From positions 1 to 64,000 of the IMG/VR virus record IMGVR_UViG_3300032087_003621: a stretch of DNA of 64,000 nucleotides. One strand, written 5' to 3'. The stretch comes from a virus. Shown in pieces: positions 16,515 through 25,243 of the stretch (positions are counted from its first letter, which is position 1; each line of letters starts with the position of its first letter). The notes below the pieces were generated by a model, which was not told where the DNA came from, ran no database searches, and saw nothing but the letters and a program-made list of their open reading frames with translations. A program made the translations under genes and the position numbers.

Positions 16515-18440
16515 ATGCCCAGTAATTACTTACCCACGAGTTACCAAGAATTTATCCACCTTTCCAGATACTCACGATGGTTACCTGAGAAAGGGAGACG
16601 AGAAACGTGGGAAGAAACTATTTCTAGATACTTTGACTTTTTTACTGAACATCTAGAAGAAACTTGTGATTATAAACTAACAAACAACCTTCGTAATGAA
16701 CTTGAAGAAGCGGTATTATCGCAAAAAATAATGCCGTCAATGCGTTGTCTTATGACCGCCGGTGAAGCATTGAAACGAGAAAATATTGCTGGGTACAACT
16801 GTTCTTACATTGCGGTAGATAAACCACACGCCTTCGATGAAATTCTTTATGTGCTAATGAATGGTACTGGTGTAGGTTTTTCTGTAGAACGTCAATACGT
16901 ATCACAACTACCTGTAGTTGCAGAGGAGTTTCATAGTACAGACACAACGATTATTGTAGCTGACTCTAAATTGGGTTGGGCGAAAGCCTTGAAAGAATTG
17001 ATTGGTTTATTATATGCTGGTCAAGTCCCAATGTGGGACCTGAGTAAAGTACGTCCCGCTGGTGCACCTCTCAAGACTTTTGGTGGGCGTGCATCTGGTC
17101 CCGAACCTCTCAATCAGTTGTTTGAGTTTTGTGTGTCTACATTTAAGAACGCTGCTGGTCGTAAACTTAACTCCGTTGAGTGTCATGATATCGTCTGTAA
17201 GATTGCAGAGATTGTTGTGGTGGGTGGTGTACGCCGTTCTGCGTTAATCTCGTTGTCAAACCTTTCTGATGACCGTATGCGTCATGCGAAAGCTGGACAA
17301 TGGTGGAATGATTTTGGACATCGTGCTCTTGCAAACAACTCTGCCTGTTACACTGAGAAACCCGACATCGGTATCTTTATGGACGAGTGGAAATCACTCT
17401 ATGATTCTAAGTCGGGTGAACGTGGTATCTTCAATCGTGCATCTGCTAACATGATGGCAGCCGCATCAGGCCGAAGGGAAATTGGGGACCATGAGTTTGG
17501 TACAAACCCTTGTTCAGAGATTATTCTGCGTTCACGTGAATTCTGTAACCTCTCAGAGGTTGTAGTACGTCCAAGTGACACTTGGGAAGACCTCGCAGAG
17601 AAAACCCGTCTGGCGACGATTCTGGGGACTTTCCAGAGTAGTTTGGTTAACTTCAAGTATGTTTCATCATCTTGGAAAAAGAACTGTGAGGAGGAACGCC
17701 TGTTGGGTGTTTCTATGACAGGTATTATGGACAACCCGTTAACCAATGGCAAGAAAGGTAAAAAAGACCTTGCTGACAACCTTGAAAAACTCAAGCAGAT
17801 TGCAGTTGAGACTAATGCACATATGTCTAAGTTATTAGGTATTAATCAGTCAGTCGCAATCACTTGTGTTAAACCATCAGGTACGGTATCTCAATTGGTT
17901 GATGCAGCCTCAGGTATTCACGCACGTCACAACCCTTACTACATTCGTACAGTACGTGGTGATAAGAAAGACCCATTGACTCAGATGATGGTTGATGCCG
18001 GATTTCCTGTAGAAGATGACCAAATGAATCCATCTCACACATCTGTATTTTCTTTTCCTATCAAGGTAGACAAGGGTGCGGTCTTTCGTACCGACATGAC
18101 CGCTATCGAACAGTTAGAGATGTGGTTGACCTATCAGATACACTGGTGCGAACACAAGCCTTCTATCACCGTCTCAGTGAAAGAGCACGAATGGTTAGAC
18201 GTGGGTGCATGGGTGTACAATCACTTTGATTTTATGAGTGGTGTATCGTTCTTACCATTCTCTGACCACACGTATGCACAAGCACCGTATCAAGATACTG
18301 ACGAAGCGGGTTACAAGGAGTTGCTCGCACAAATGCCCAAGGATGTGGACTGGAACAAACTTGCAGAATATGAGGCGTCCGATATGACAGTGGGTAGCCA
18401 AGAACTAGCTTGCGCTTCAGGATTCTGCGAGATAGCATAA
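16515..18440 (+). CDS. nrdJ: Ribonucleotide reductase, class II (adenosylcobalamin-dependent) type
   Basis: PSMR, YNCSY, GGVRRSA, TNPCSEI, CVKPSGT, C-terminal CASGFCE. No nrdB adjacent. Start chosen after GGAGG. Confidence 0.85.
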   Translation: MPSNYLPTSYQEFIHLSRYSRWLPEKGRRETWEETISRYFDFFTEHLEETCDYKLTNNLRNELEEAVLSQKIMPSMRCLMTAGEALKRENIAGYNCSYIAVDKPHAFDEILYVLMNGTGVGFSVERQYVSQLPVVAEEFHSTDTTIIVADSKLGWAKALKELIGLLYAGQVPMWDLSKVRPAGAPLKTFGGRASGPEPLNQLFEFCVSTFKNAAGRKLNSVECHDIVCKIAEIVVVGGVRRSALISLSNLSDDRMRHAKAGQWWNDFGHRALANNSACYTEKPDIGIFMDEWKSLYDSKSGERGIFNRASANMMAAASGRREIGDHEFGTNPCSEIILRSREFCNLSEVVVRPSDTWEDLAEKTRLATILGTFQSSLVNFKYVSSSWKKNCEEERLLGVSMTGIMDNPLTNGKKGKKDLADNLEKLKQIAVETNAHMSKLLGINQSVAITCVKPSGTVSQLVDAASGIHARHNPYYIRTVRGDKKDPLTQMMVDAGFPVEDDQMNPSHTSVFSFPIKVDKGAVFRTDMTAIEQLEMWLTYQIHWCEHKPSITVSVKEHEWLDVGAWVYNHFDFMSGVSFLPFSDHTYAQAPYQDTDEAGYKELLAQMPKDVDWNKLAEYEASDMTVGSQELACASGFCEIA

Positions 18441-18580
18441 TGGATGAGTATAATTACACATTAGAATGTCCTTCTTGTGAATGTGTATGTCATCTTGTCG
18501 TATATGGTGAAGATGAACTCCCCTGCAATTGTCCAATGTGTGGCGAAGATGTCAACGAAGAGTGGACAATAGCTGACTGA
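18440..18580 (+). CDS. Small Zn-ribbon protein (not in ORF track)
   Basis: CPSC...CPMCG, 46 aa, coupled to the nrdJ stop. Confidence 0.6.
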   Translation: MDEYNYTLECPSCECVCHLVVYGEDELPCNCPMCGEDVNEEWTIAD

Positions 18581-18592
18581 CTATATAATACC

Positions 18593-19009
18593 ATGACTTG
18601 GTATTATGAAGACAAAATATATGAACCCAGCGAAGAGGATTTGCGTTCTCTCGTTGGGTTTGTTTATTGTATTGAAGAAAAAACTACTGGTATGAAGTAT
18701 ATCGGTAAAAAGTTTTTTTGGAAGTCCAAGATACTCCCTATAACAAAAACCCGCAAGAGGCGCAAGAGAACCCTCGTAGAGAGTGATTGGCGCACATACT
18801 TTGGGTCAAACGAAGTTTTAAAAGAACGTGTTATCCAGAACGGGGAAAGTATATATAATAGAGTAATATTGAAATTATGTAAGACCAAAGGCGACTGTTC
18901 ATATTATGAAGCTAAGTTACAGTTTGAAAATGACGTTCTATTGGATGATAAGTATTACAATAGTTTCATTGGTTGTAAAATACATTCTAATCACTTAAGC
19001 AGATGTTAA
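18593..19009 (+). CDS. GIY-YIG-like nuclease-domain protein
   Basis: GFVYCI...KYIGKK...ESDWRTYFGS...YYN. Confidence 0.7.
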   Translation: MTWYYEDKIYEPSEEDLRSLVGFVYCIEEKTTGMKYIGKKFFWKSKILPITKTRKRRKRTLVESDWRTYFGSNEVLKERVIQNGESIYNRVILKLCKTKGDCSYYEAKLQFENDVLLDDKYYNSFIGCKIHSNHLSRC

Positions 19010-19668
19010 AATTTAAACAGTTTATTTCAGAAGGGGTCAATGACCCCGCAATCTTCAAAGCAATCTTCCTCGCAGGTGGGCCTGGTTCGGGCAAATCTTT
19101 TATCGTCGGTCAGACCGCACTCACGGCATTAGGTATGCGTGTAGTGAACTCCGACGATGCCTTCGAGAATGCTATGAAGAAGGCGGGTATGGAAATGAAT
19201 CCCGAAAACATCTTCTCTGTCAAAGGTCAAGAAATGCGTGGCCGGGCAAAAACTCTCACTGGTAAAAAACAAGAGCTCTACCTTAAAGGTCGTTTGGGTA
19301 TCGTCATTGATGGTACTGGTAGAGACTACGACAAGATTAAGAAACAGTCTGTGGAGTTGCAACGTCTTGGTTATGACACCGCAATGATATTCGTCAACAC
19401 CGATAAAGAAACCGCCTTGGCACGCAACAGGGCGCGTGCTAGGTCCCTTCCTGATGATGAAGTCTCAAAGATGTGGCAGGCAGTACAGAACAACATCGGT
19501 AAATTCCAAGGGCACTTTGGTAGAAATTTCATCGTCCTAGATAATAGTGATGGTGCGAATTGGAAGGCAGGAACTCAACAAGGTTATAAGTGGGCTAAAA
19601 AGTTTACTGAACAAGAACCGACCAAACCCGTTGCTAAAAAATGGATTGCAAAAGAAAAATCTAAATAA
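19003..19668 (+). CDS. P-loop kinase (AAA_33/zeta-toxin-like) with capsid-targeting-like N-terminus
   Basis: GGPGSGKS Walker A, VNSDD, VIDGTG, RNRARAR lid. Begins MLKFKQFISE. Confidence 0.8.
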   Translation: MLKFKQFISEGVNDPAIFKAIFLAGGPGSGKSFIVGQTALTALGMRVVNSDDAFENAMKKAGMEMNPENIFSVKGQEMRGRAKTLTGKKQELYLKGRLGIVIDGTGRDYDKIKKQSVELQRLGYDTAMIFVNTDKETALARNRARARSLPDDEVSKMWQAVQNNIGKFQGHFGRNFIVLDNSDGANWKAGTQQGYKWAKKFTEQEPTKPVAKKWIAKEKSK

Positions 19669-19669
19669 C

Positions 19670-19698
19670 TTGACAAGCACGTTTATGATGTGTATAAT
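19670..19698 (+). promoter_or_regulatory. sigma70-type promoter
   Basis: TTGACA-17-TATAAT, perfect consensus. Confidence 0.85.
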
Positions 19699-19727
19699 GA
19701 AGCTTAACACGCCAGGGATAATATTAT

Positions 19728-20165
19728 ATGGCAATCAGTATGAAAAAATTGGAAGTGTTTGAGATACTGAATAAAGTATCTTCTGCTAAAACACGAAAGG
19801 ACAAAATCAACGTTCTACAAGAAAACAACATCATGCCTGTAAGAGATGTTCTGCAAGGCACCTTTGATCCTAATATTCAATGGAATCTTCCAGCTGGAGA
19901 TGTACCTTACACTCCAAATAAAGAAGAATCATATCCCTCTACTTTACTCAAACAACATATGAAATTCAAGTATTTCGTAAAAGGTTTACGTGAAAGTGAA
20001 AACTTGAATTCAATTAAAAGAGAGAGAATGTTCATTGAAATTTGTGAATCAGTCCACCCAGAAGATGCTAGAGTACTAGTATCTATGATAAACAAAAAAC
20101 CACCTGTGAAAGGATTAACAGAAAAATTAGTTAAGGAGGCCTACCCAGATTTAATCCCGACTTGA
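19728..20165 (+). CDS. Conserved T4-like hypothetical protein (DUF6433-like)
   Basis: EIL.KVS...FDPNIQWNLP.G.VPY...KRERMFI...ESVHPEDA. Confidence 0.7.
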   Translation: MAISMKKLEVFEILNKVSSAKTRKDKINVLQENNIMPVRDVLQGTFDPNIQWNLPAGDVPYTPNKEESYPSTLLKQHMKFKYFVKGLRESENLNSIKRERMFIEICESVHPEDARVLVSMINKKPPVKGLTEKLVKEAYPDLIPT

Positions 20166-20200
20166 TTATGATTCCCATTAACTAGAACAGGAGTTTGCCT

Positions 20201-20359
20201 ATGGTAGCAAATCAAATTGAAAGACTTAAAAAAGATTCTAGAGAACTTGGACATTATATCCATAAGTTAAATAAAAAGGGGAAATCGGAGGCAGCATATA
20301 GAATGCAGAAAAAACAAGCATTCTTAGATGCCGCTATACAACAAGTTATAAGGGGGTGA
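20201..20359 (+). CDS. 52-aa hypothetical protein (not in ORF track)
   Basis: AGGAG RBS. MVANQIERLKKDSREL... Confidence 0.5.
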   Translation: MVANQIERLKKDSRELGHYIHKLNKKGKSEAAYRMQKKQAFLDAAIQQVIRG

Positions 20360-20407
20360 TCCTAATCTAACGGGCACCTCTAACGGGGTGCCTATTAGGA
20401 ATTTATT

Positions 20408-20641
20408 ATGCCTACATACGATATGAAAAATGTGAAGACCGGAGAAATCAAAGAAATGTTTTTGAAAATCTCTGAAAAAGAAAAACTAGTTGAATCAGGT
20501 GAATGGGAACAAGTGCATCTTGAAGCAATGAAAATTGTTCGCACAACAACCTCGTCTTTATCCAAAACATCAGATGGATGGAAAGACCACCTGAAAGCCA
20601 TTAAACAGGGTTCCGGTAAAAACAATACCATTAAAGTATGA
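20408..20641 (+). CDS. FmdB-like small regulatory protein
   Basis: MPTYD.KN..TGE N-terminus. Usual neighbour of phoH in T4-like phages. Confidence 0.6.
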   Translation: MPTYDMKNVKTGEIKEMFLKISEKEKLVESGEWEQVHLEAMKIVRTTTSSLSKTSDGWKDHLKAIKQGSGKNNTIKV

Positions 20642-21333
20642 AACAAAACAAACAAACGGAACAAATGAATATTCGATTGGATAATCTAATTACCGTAGAC
20701 CCAATCACCGACAAACAGAGAGAGGCCTTCTTATCTTGGAGAGATGGAGACCATCTTGCACTCACGGGTACAGCTGGAACAGGTAAAACTTTTCTTGCAT
20801 TGTATCTCGCACTAGAAGAGGTGATGGATAAATCCACGCCTTACGATAAAGTTCAAATCATTCGCAGCGTTGTCCCCACACGAGAAGTGGGATACTTGCC
20901 TGGAACATTAGAAGATAAACTCAATGCATTTACTGGACCTTATCGGGCAATATGTACTGAACTTTTTGATGATGTCAAGGCATACGAAAAATTAGTCCAC
21001 AATGGATATGTCGGTTTTGATTCGACCTCATATATTCGTGGTGTTACATATGATAACTGTATTATTGTTGTGGACGAAATGCAGAACTTAAATTTTCATG
21101 AACTAGATTCTGTAATCACTAGGATTGGACAGGCTACTAAAATTATTTTCTGTGGTGACTATCACCAATCAGATTTTAAACAAGAGAAAGACAAACAAGG
21201 CGTAAATACGTTTTTAGAAATACTTGACAATATGCGGCATTTCAGTATAATATCATTTGGTTGGGAAGATATTGTTCGCAGCGATTTTGTACGTGACTAT
21301 ATAATGACTAAAGAATGGATGGGGATAAAGTAA
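20638..21333 (+). CDS. phoH: PhoH-family ATPase
   Basis: GTAGTGKT, RSVVPTREVGYLPG, RGVT, VDEMQN, TRIG, GDYHQSD, DIVRS. Confidence 0.95.
   Translation: MKQNKQTEQMNIRLDNLITVDPITDKQREAFLSWRDGDHLALTGTAGTGKTFLALYLALEEVMDKSTPYDKVQIIRSVVPTREVGYLPGTLEDKLNAFTGPYRAICTELFDDVKAYEKLVHNGYVGFDSTSYIRGVTYDNCIIVVDEMQNLNFHELDSVITRIGQATKIIFCGDYHQSDFKQEKDKQGVNTFLEILDNMRHFSIISFGWEDIVRSDFVRDYIMTKEWMGIK
21224..21251 (+). promoter_or_regulatory. sigma70-type promoter within the 3' end of phoH
   Basis: TTGACA-16-TATAAT. Confidence 0.6.
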
Positions 21334-21572
21334 TGGAACATATTTCAAAAGCAATGAGAAGTTACCTTGAAGGACGATTGCAGTATCATATCGCAAACTG
21401 GAATACCTTTGTAAAAAATCCAGTAGGTGTTGCTGAACACGGCAATTTCATGGAAACTTTAGAAAAAGAATTAGAAGCTGTCGCTAAGTATAAAGAGTTG
21501 TTAGATGCTCTAGATTATGTTAGTGGTACGCCCGGTAATTTACCAGACATTTTAACTGAAGGTGATAAGTGA
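21333..21572 (+). CDS. Hypothetical phage protein
   Basis: NPVGVAEH motif common in marine phage small proteins. Confidence 0.6.
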   Translation: MEHISKAMRSYLEGRLQYHIANWNTFVKNPVGVAEHGNFMETLEKELEAVAKYKELLDALDYVSGTPGNLPDILTEGDK

Positions 21573-21732
21573 ACTATGTAGACCTCGGTACTATTAGTAA
21601 TGATGAAGATTTAATTACTGAGATTAAAAGGGTTTTTCCTCAGTGTCCAAATCCAAATCAGTATCCAAAGGTCTTTGATTGGTATTGTAGATTATATATA
21701 TTTTACCAACGTAGAAAACAAAGGTACGGAAC

Positions 21733-22173
21733 ATGAACAGAGAAGAAGTATTCGAAACACTTAAGATTGATGAAGGTGTAGAATATAAAGTATACGCTGA
21801 CCATCTTGGTCTTCATACATTTGGTGTTGGTCACTTGATTGTTGAAGGTGACCCAGAGTGGGGTCAACCCTTTGAAACCCCCGTGTCAGAAGAACGAGTA
21901 TGGGAAGCATTTGAAAAAGATTTAGATGTTGCTATTTCTGAATGCAACATTTTGTTTGATACGTTTGATGACTTTCCCGAAGAAGCACAACAAGTGATTG
22001 TCAACATGATGTTCAATATGGGCAGGCCTCGTTTATCGGGGTTCAAGAAATTCTGTGCGGCAGCAAAAGAAGGTGACTGGAAGACTGCAGCAGTAGAAGG
22101 TCGTGACTCAAAATGGTATCGTCAAGTAACTAACCGAGCAGAAAGACTAATGAGTCGATTGGAGGCAATATGA
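21733..22173 (+). CDS. T4-type lysozyme (GH24) endolysin
   Basis: DEG...YADHLGLHTFGVGHL catalytic E-D-T triad. NMMFNMG, DSKWYRQV.NRA. Confidence 0.9.
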   Translation: MNREEVFETLKIDEGVEYKVYADHLGLHTFGVGHLIVEGDPEWGQPFETPVSEERVWEAFEKDLDVAISECNILFDTFDDFPEEAQQVIVNMMFNMGRPRLSGFKKFCAAAKEGDWKTAAVEGRDSKWYRQVTNRAERLMSRLEAI

Positions 22174-22331
22174 AATATGTAGGTAAACTCTTAGGAGAAA
22201 GAACCACATTAGATGGCGCCATGTTGATTGGTGTTTGTGGTGCGGTAATTCTTTTTGGTGGTATTGCGAAAATGTTGGCGTGGGCTGGTTTAGCCTACGG
22301 TATTTGGACATTCTTGAAAACTGAGGATTAA
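22170..22331 (+). CDS. Two-TM holin candidate (not in ORF track)
   Basis: 53 aa with two hydrophobic helices. ATGA overlap with the lysozyme stop and GGAGG RBS. Confidence 0.5.
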   Translation: MKYVGKLLGERTTLDGAMLIGVCGAVILFGGIAKMLAWAGLAYGIWTFLKTED

Positions 22332-22334
22332 ATC

Positions 22335-22478
22335 ATGGCGAAGTCCCTTAATAGTAATTTAGTAAGACCTGAAACAAAACCAAAGGGAACGTCAATTGGT
22401 AATGGACATTTCAAACGGGCGTCAATGAATAAAAAGAAAAAGGCGTCTTTCAAAAAATACAGAGGACAAGGAAGGTAA
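22335..22478 (+). CDS. Small basic protein ending KKYRGQGR (not in ORF track)
   Basis: 47 aa. The motif is common in T4-like marine phages. Confidence 0.6.
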   Translation: MAKSLNSNLVRPETKPKGTSIGNGHFKRASMNKKKKASFKKYRGQGR

Positions 22479-22894
22479 TGGACAAGAACCAAGCAGTAGA
22501 AAAAGTAAATAGTCTCTTCGAATACGAGTATGATAAAGTACAATACAATGCTGCGGATTACTGGAGAGTTTTAGATGTTAGTGCTGAAAAAGATGAAGGC
22601 GATTGTGAAGACTACGCTTTGACTGTTGCTTGGTTACTTGCTGGCCAAAGTAGATTAAAATTTTTATGGATGTTACTAACAGGTAAATTTAAAATTTGTT
22701 ATGTAACAGTGAATGGTGGTGGTCACGCCATTCTTTATCATGATGGTATGTATGTGGATAATTGGAAACGTGAGTGGACACTAAAGACTGTTTATGAAAA
22801 AGATTATGCCAAATACAACTGGACCTTTAAGTACTATTATAATCCGTTCACGGTTATTTTAAAATTGACACAAGGAAAGTTTTGGAAAAAATAA
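22478..22894 (+). CDS. Transglutaminase-like cysteine protease (BTLCP/LapG-like)
   Basis: VN...Y..D......DYW, GDCEDYA, GHAIL, VDN give a Cys-His-Asp triad. Confidence 0.8.
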   Translation: MDKNQAVEKVNSLFEYEYDKVQYNAADYWRVLDVSAEKDEGDCEDYALTVAWLLAGQSRLKFLWMLLTGKFKICYVTVNGGGHAILYHDGMYVDNWKREWTLKTVYEKDYAKYNWTFKYYYNPFTVILKLTQGKFWKK

Positions 22895-23067
22895 TGGCTA
22901 AGTATTCGAGATTTGATCCGAAAAACAAGAAAAAGAAAAACGATAAGTACAGAGCAGAAAAGAAAAAAACTAATAAAAATGTTTCTTCATCTAAAAACGA
23001 TTGGAATGATGAAACCGAACGTTTATTAGAAAAATATAATTATCGTTAAAAACTAAAGACCTTCATC

Positions 23068-23856
23068 ATGAAAAGATTGATATATCAGGTTTACATAGGT
23101 AAAAAATCTAAGTTATATGATTTTTGCACAAATTCTGTAAAAGAATATTGTGAAAAATATGACATAGATTATATCTGTCAAAAGACACCTATTTTGAGAA
23201 TTAAACCTAATCCCTTTCTTACCAATAGACACCCTCGCGCTTGGGAACAACACGGTGGGTTTCTTCCTATTTTCGAAAAAGAAAACGCTTTCGATTATTT
23301 TGATAGATACGATCAAATATGTATTATCGATGCTGACATTTTTATTAGACCCGAATCACCAAATGTATTTGATCAGATAAACGCTGACCAAGATTTTGCG
23401 GCCTGCTGTGAAAGAGAAATGCCACTAAACAATCTTTTTAAAGGTAAGGTTGTTGAATATTCAGATGCGCAATTCTCGGATTTGAAAGATGTAGATTGGC
23501 GTTGGGAAAATGGTTCAGCTGAATATTATAACATGGGTCTCATGTTAATGAATAATAGTTTCTCAAAACATTTCAACGGTCAAACAGCTCGACAATTTTT
23601 AGGTCGTTCTGAATTTCAAAGATTTGTTGACGGTGTTGGGAAATGGAAATGGTCTACTGATCAAGTGTTATTGAATTGGTGGATTAAAAAGTGTAAAATG
23701 AATGTTAACAATTTAGAATGGAAATTCAATTGTATGTTTTCTGCAATTGAACCCGAAGTTTTATCTGAAGCTCATTTTATTCATTTCTTTAAACGAGACA
23801 GATTGCCCAACAAGGGCGAAGATGTTGTATCACTTAAAAAAATGATTCGAGTATAG
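23068..23856 (+). CDS. GT-A glycosyltransferase (GT8-like)
   Basis: IDADIF DxD, YNMGLML, DQVLLN, WKFN, FIHF. Confidence 0.75.
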   Translation: MKRLIYQVYIGKKSKLYDFCTNSVKEYCEKYDIDYICQKTPILRIKPNPFLTNRHPRAWEQHGGFLPIFEKENAFDYFDRYDQICIIDADIFIRPESPNVFDQINADQDFAACCEREMPLNNLFKGKVVEYSDAQFSDLKDVDWRWENGSAEYYNMGLMLMNNSFSKHFNGQTARQFLGRSEFQRFVDGVGKWKWSTDQVLLNWWIKKCKMNVNNLEWKFNCMFSAIEPEVLSEAHFIHFFKRDRLPNKGEDVVSLKKMIRV

Positions 23857-23859
23857 TAT

Positions 23860-24399
23860 ATGTCGGAAGAAGAAATAAATTTATTAAAAAAAATATCTAA
23901 TAAGGGTCACTTAACAGAGAAAGAGTATTTGTACATATCTGGATTTGTGCGAAATAAAAATTTATTAGTATTCGGAACAGGTAACGATACACCTTATTGG
24001 AAACTTTTAGGTTCGTTCGTTGTTTTTTTAGAAAATTCAAAAAGATGGTTCGATAAGACTGATCCTAATCAATACTTGGTACACTATCAAACAAAGAAAA
24101 AAGAATCGGATATTCTACTCAGTTGTTATCGTTCAGGCATAACAAAACGTTTAGAAATGGATTTGCCGAACATTGTATACGAAACCTCTTGGGATGCAAT
24201 TTTTGTCGATGGGCCTCAAGGTTGGGGCGACGATACGCCAGGAAGAATGCAAAGTCTCTATATGGCCAAAGTTCTATCTAATAAAAATACCGATGTGTTT
24301 GTACATGATTTCGATAGAGAAGTTGAAAGGGTGTGGTCGCTTGAATTGTTTTCGAATATGGTCAATCTTGTCGATAAAATTGTTCATCTGAGAGTATAA
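23860..24399 (+). CDS. DUF579/GXM-like polysaccharide O-methyltransferase
   Basis: NLLVFG.G.D..YW, VFLE, WDAIFVDGP.GW....PGRMQSLY, TDVFVHDFDREVE. Confidence 0.75.
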   Translation: MSEEEINLLKKISNKGHLTEKEYLYISGFVRNKNLLVFGTGNDTPYWKLLGSFVVFLENSKRWFDKTDPNQYLVHYQTKKKESDILLSCYRSGITKRLEMDLPNIVYETSWDAIFVDGPQGWGDDTPGRMQSLYMAKVLSNKNTDVFVHDFDREVERVWSLELFSNMVNLVDKIVHLRV

Positions 24400-25196
24400 T
24401 GAAAAGGTTAATATATCAGGTTTATGTCGGTAACAGAACAAAACTTTATGATTTCTGTACTAGTTCAGTAAAAAAGTATGCTGAAAGAATTGGTGCAGAT
24501 TATATCTGTCAAACAAAACCAATACTTAGAATAATACCGGACCCTTTTAATACCGGCCGTGTAGACAAATGTGGGGGTTGGAAAAAACACGGGTATATGC
24601 CCATCTTTGAAAAAGAAAACGTATTTAATTATTTTAAAGATTATGACCAGTGTTGCGTAATAGATGCTGACATTTATATTCATGATTCAGCACCTTCAAT
24701 ATTCGAAGAACTGAAAGGTACAGTGGCCTCAGTATACGAAGCTGAATTACCGTTAACAGAACAAGATAAACAAAAAATAATCGGTTATTCTCGAATGATG
24801 ATGAAACCGTTGAATGATGTTCAGTGGGAGTGGACAGAAAACGGCGGCATGTTTTTTAATTCGGGTGTCATGTTATACGACGCTAAAAAAATGTTAGAAG
24901 TGTTGAAAGGAAGAACACCCAAACAAGTTTTAGACCTTTGGTATTTGAAAGACTTAGTTGATGGCAAAGGTCCTTTTAAATGGCAATCAGACCAAATCAC
25001 GTTGAACTACTTTTTTAAAAAGAATAAAGTTAATGTTCAAAAATTGGATTGGAAATGGAACAGCCTTTACACCGCTATACCAAAAGATAGAGAAAAGGAA
25101 ACATATTTTCTACACTTTTTTTTGAAAGACCATCTTCCCGAAAAGGGTGAAAATGTTGAGAAATTGATTGAAGAAATTAATAAGATATATGTATAA
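24399..25196 (+). CDS. GT-A glycosyltransferase (paralog of 23068)
   Basis: MKRLIYQVY start, IDADIY, FNSGVML, DQITLN. Confidence 0.75.
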   Translation: MKRLIYQVYVGNRTKLYDFCTSSVKKYAERIGADYICQTKPILRIIPDPFNTGRVDKCGGWKKHGYMPIFEKENVFNYFKDYDQCCVIDADIYIHDSAPSIFEELKGTVASVYEAELPLTEQDKQKIIGYSRMMMKPLNDVQWEWTENGGMFFNSGVMLYDAKKMLEVLKGRTPKQVLDLWYLKDLVDGKGPFKWQSDQITLNYFFKKNKVNVQKLDWKWNSLYTAIPKDREKETYFLHFFLKDHLPEKGENVEKLIEEINKIYV

Positions 25197-25243
25197 TACA
25201 CTTTACAGTAGTCGAGACTAAAAAGTCTTGGAAATAATTTAAT

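Noticed and set aside
18593-19009. Mobile homing endonuclease or intron at nrdJ
   Set aside because: nrdJ is uninterrupted. The GIY-YIG-like ORF is short, lacks a DNA-binding tail and resembles a conserved phage gene.
20372-20393. Terminator at hairpin GGGCACCTC-TAAC-GGGGTGCCT
   Set aside because: No downstream T-run. More likely an mRNA-stabilising or processing hairpin, so it was not called a terminator.
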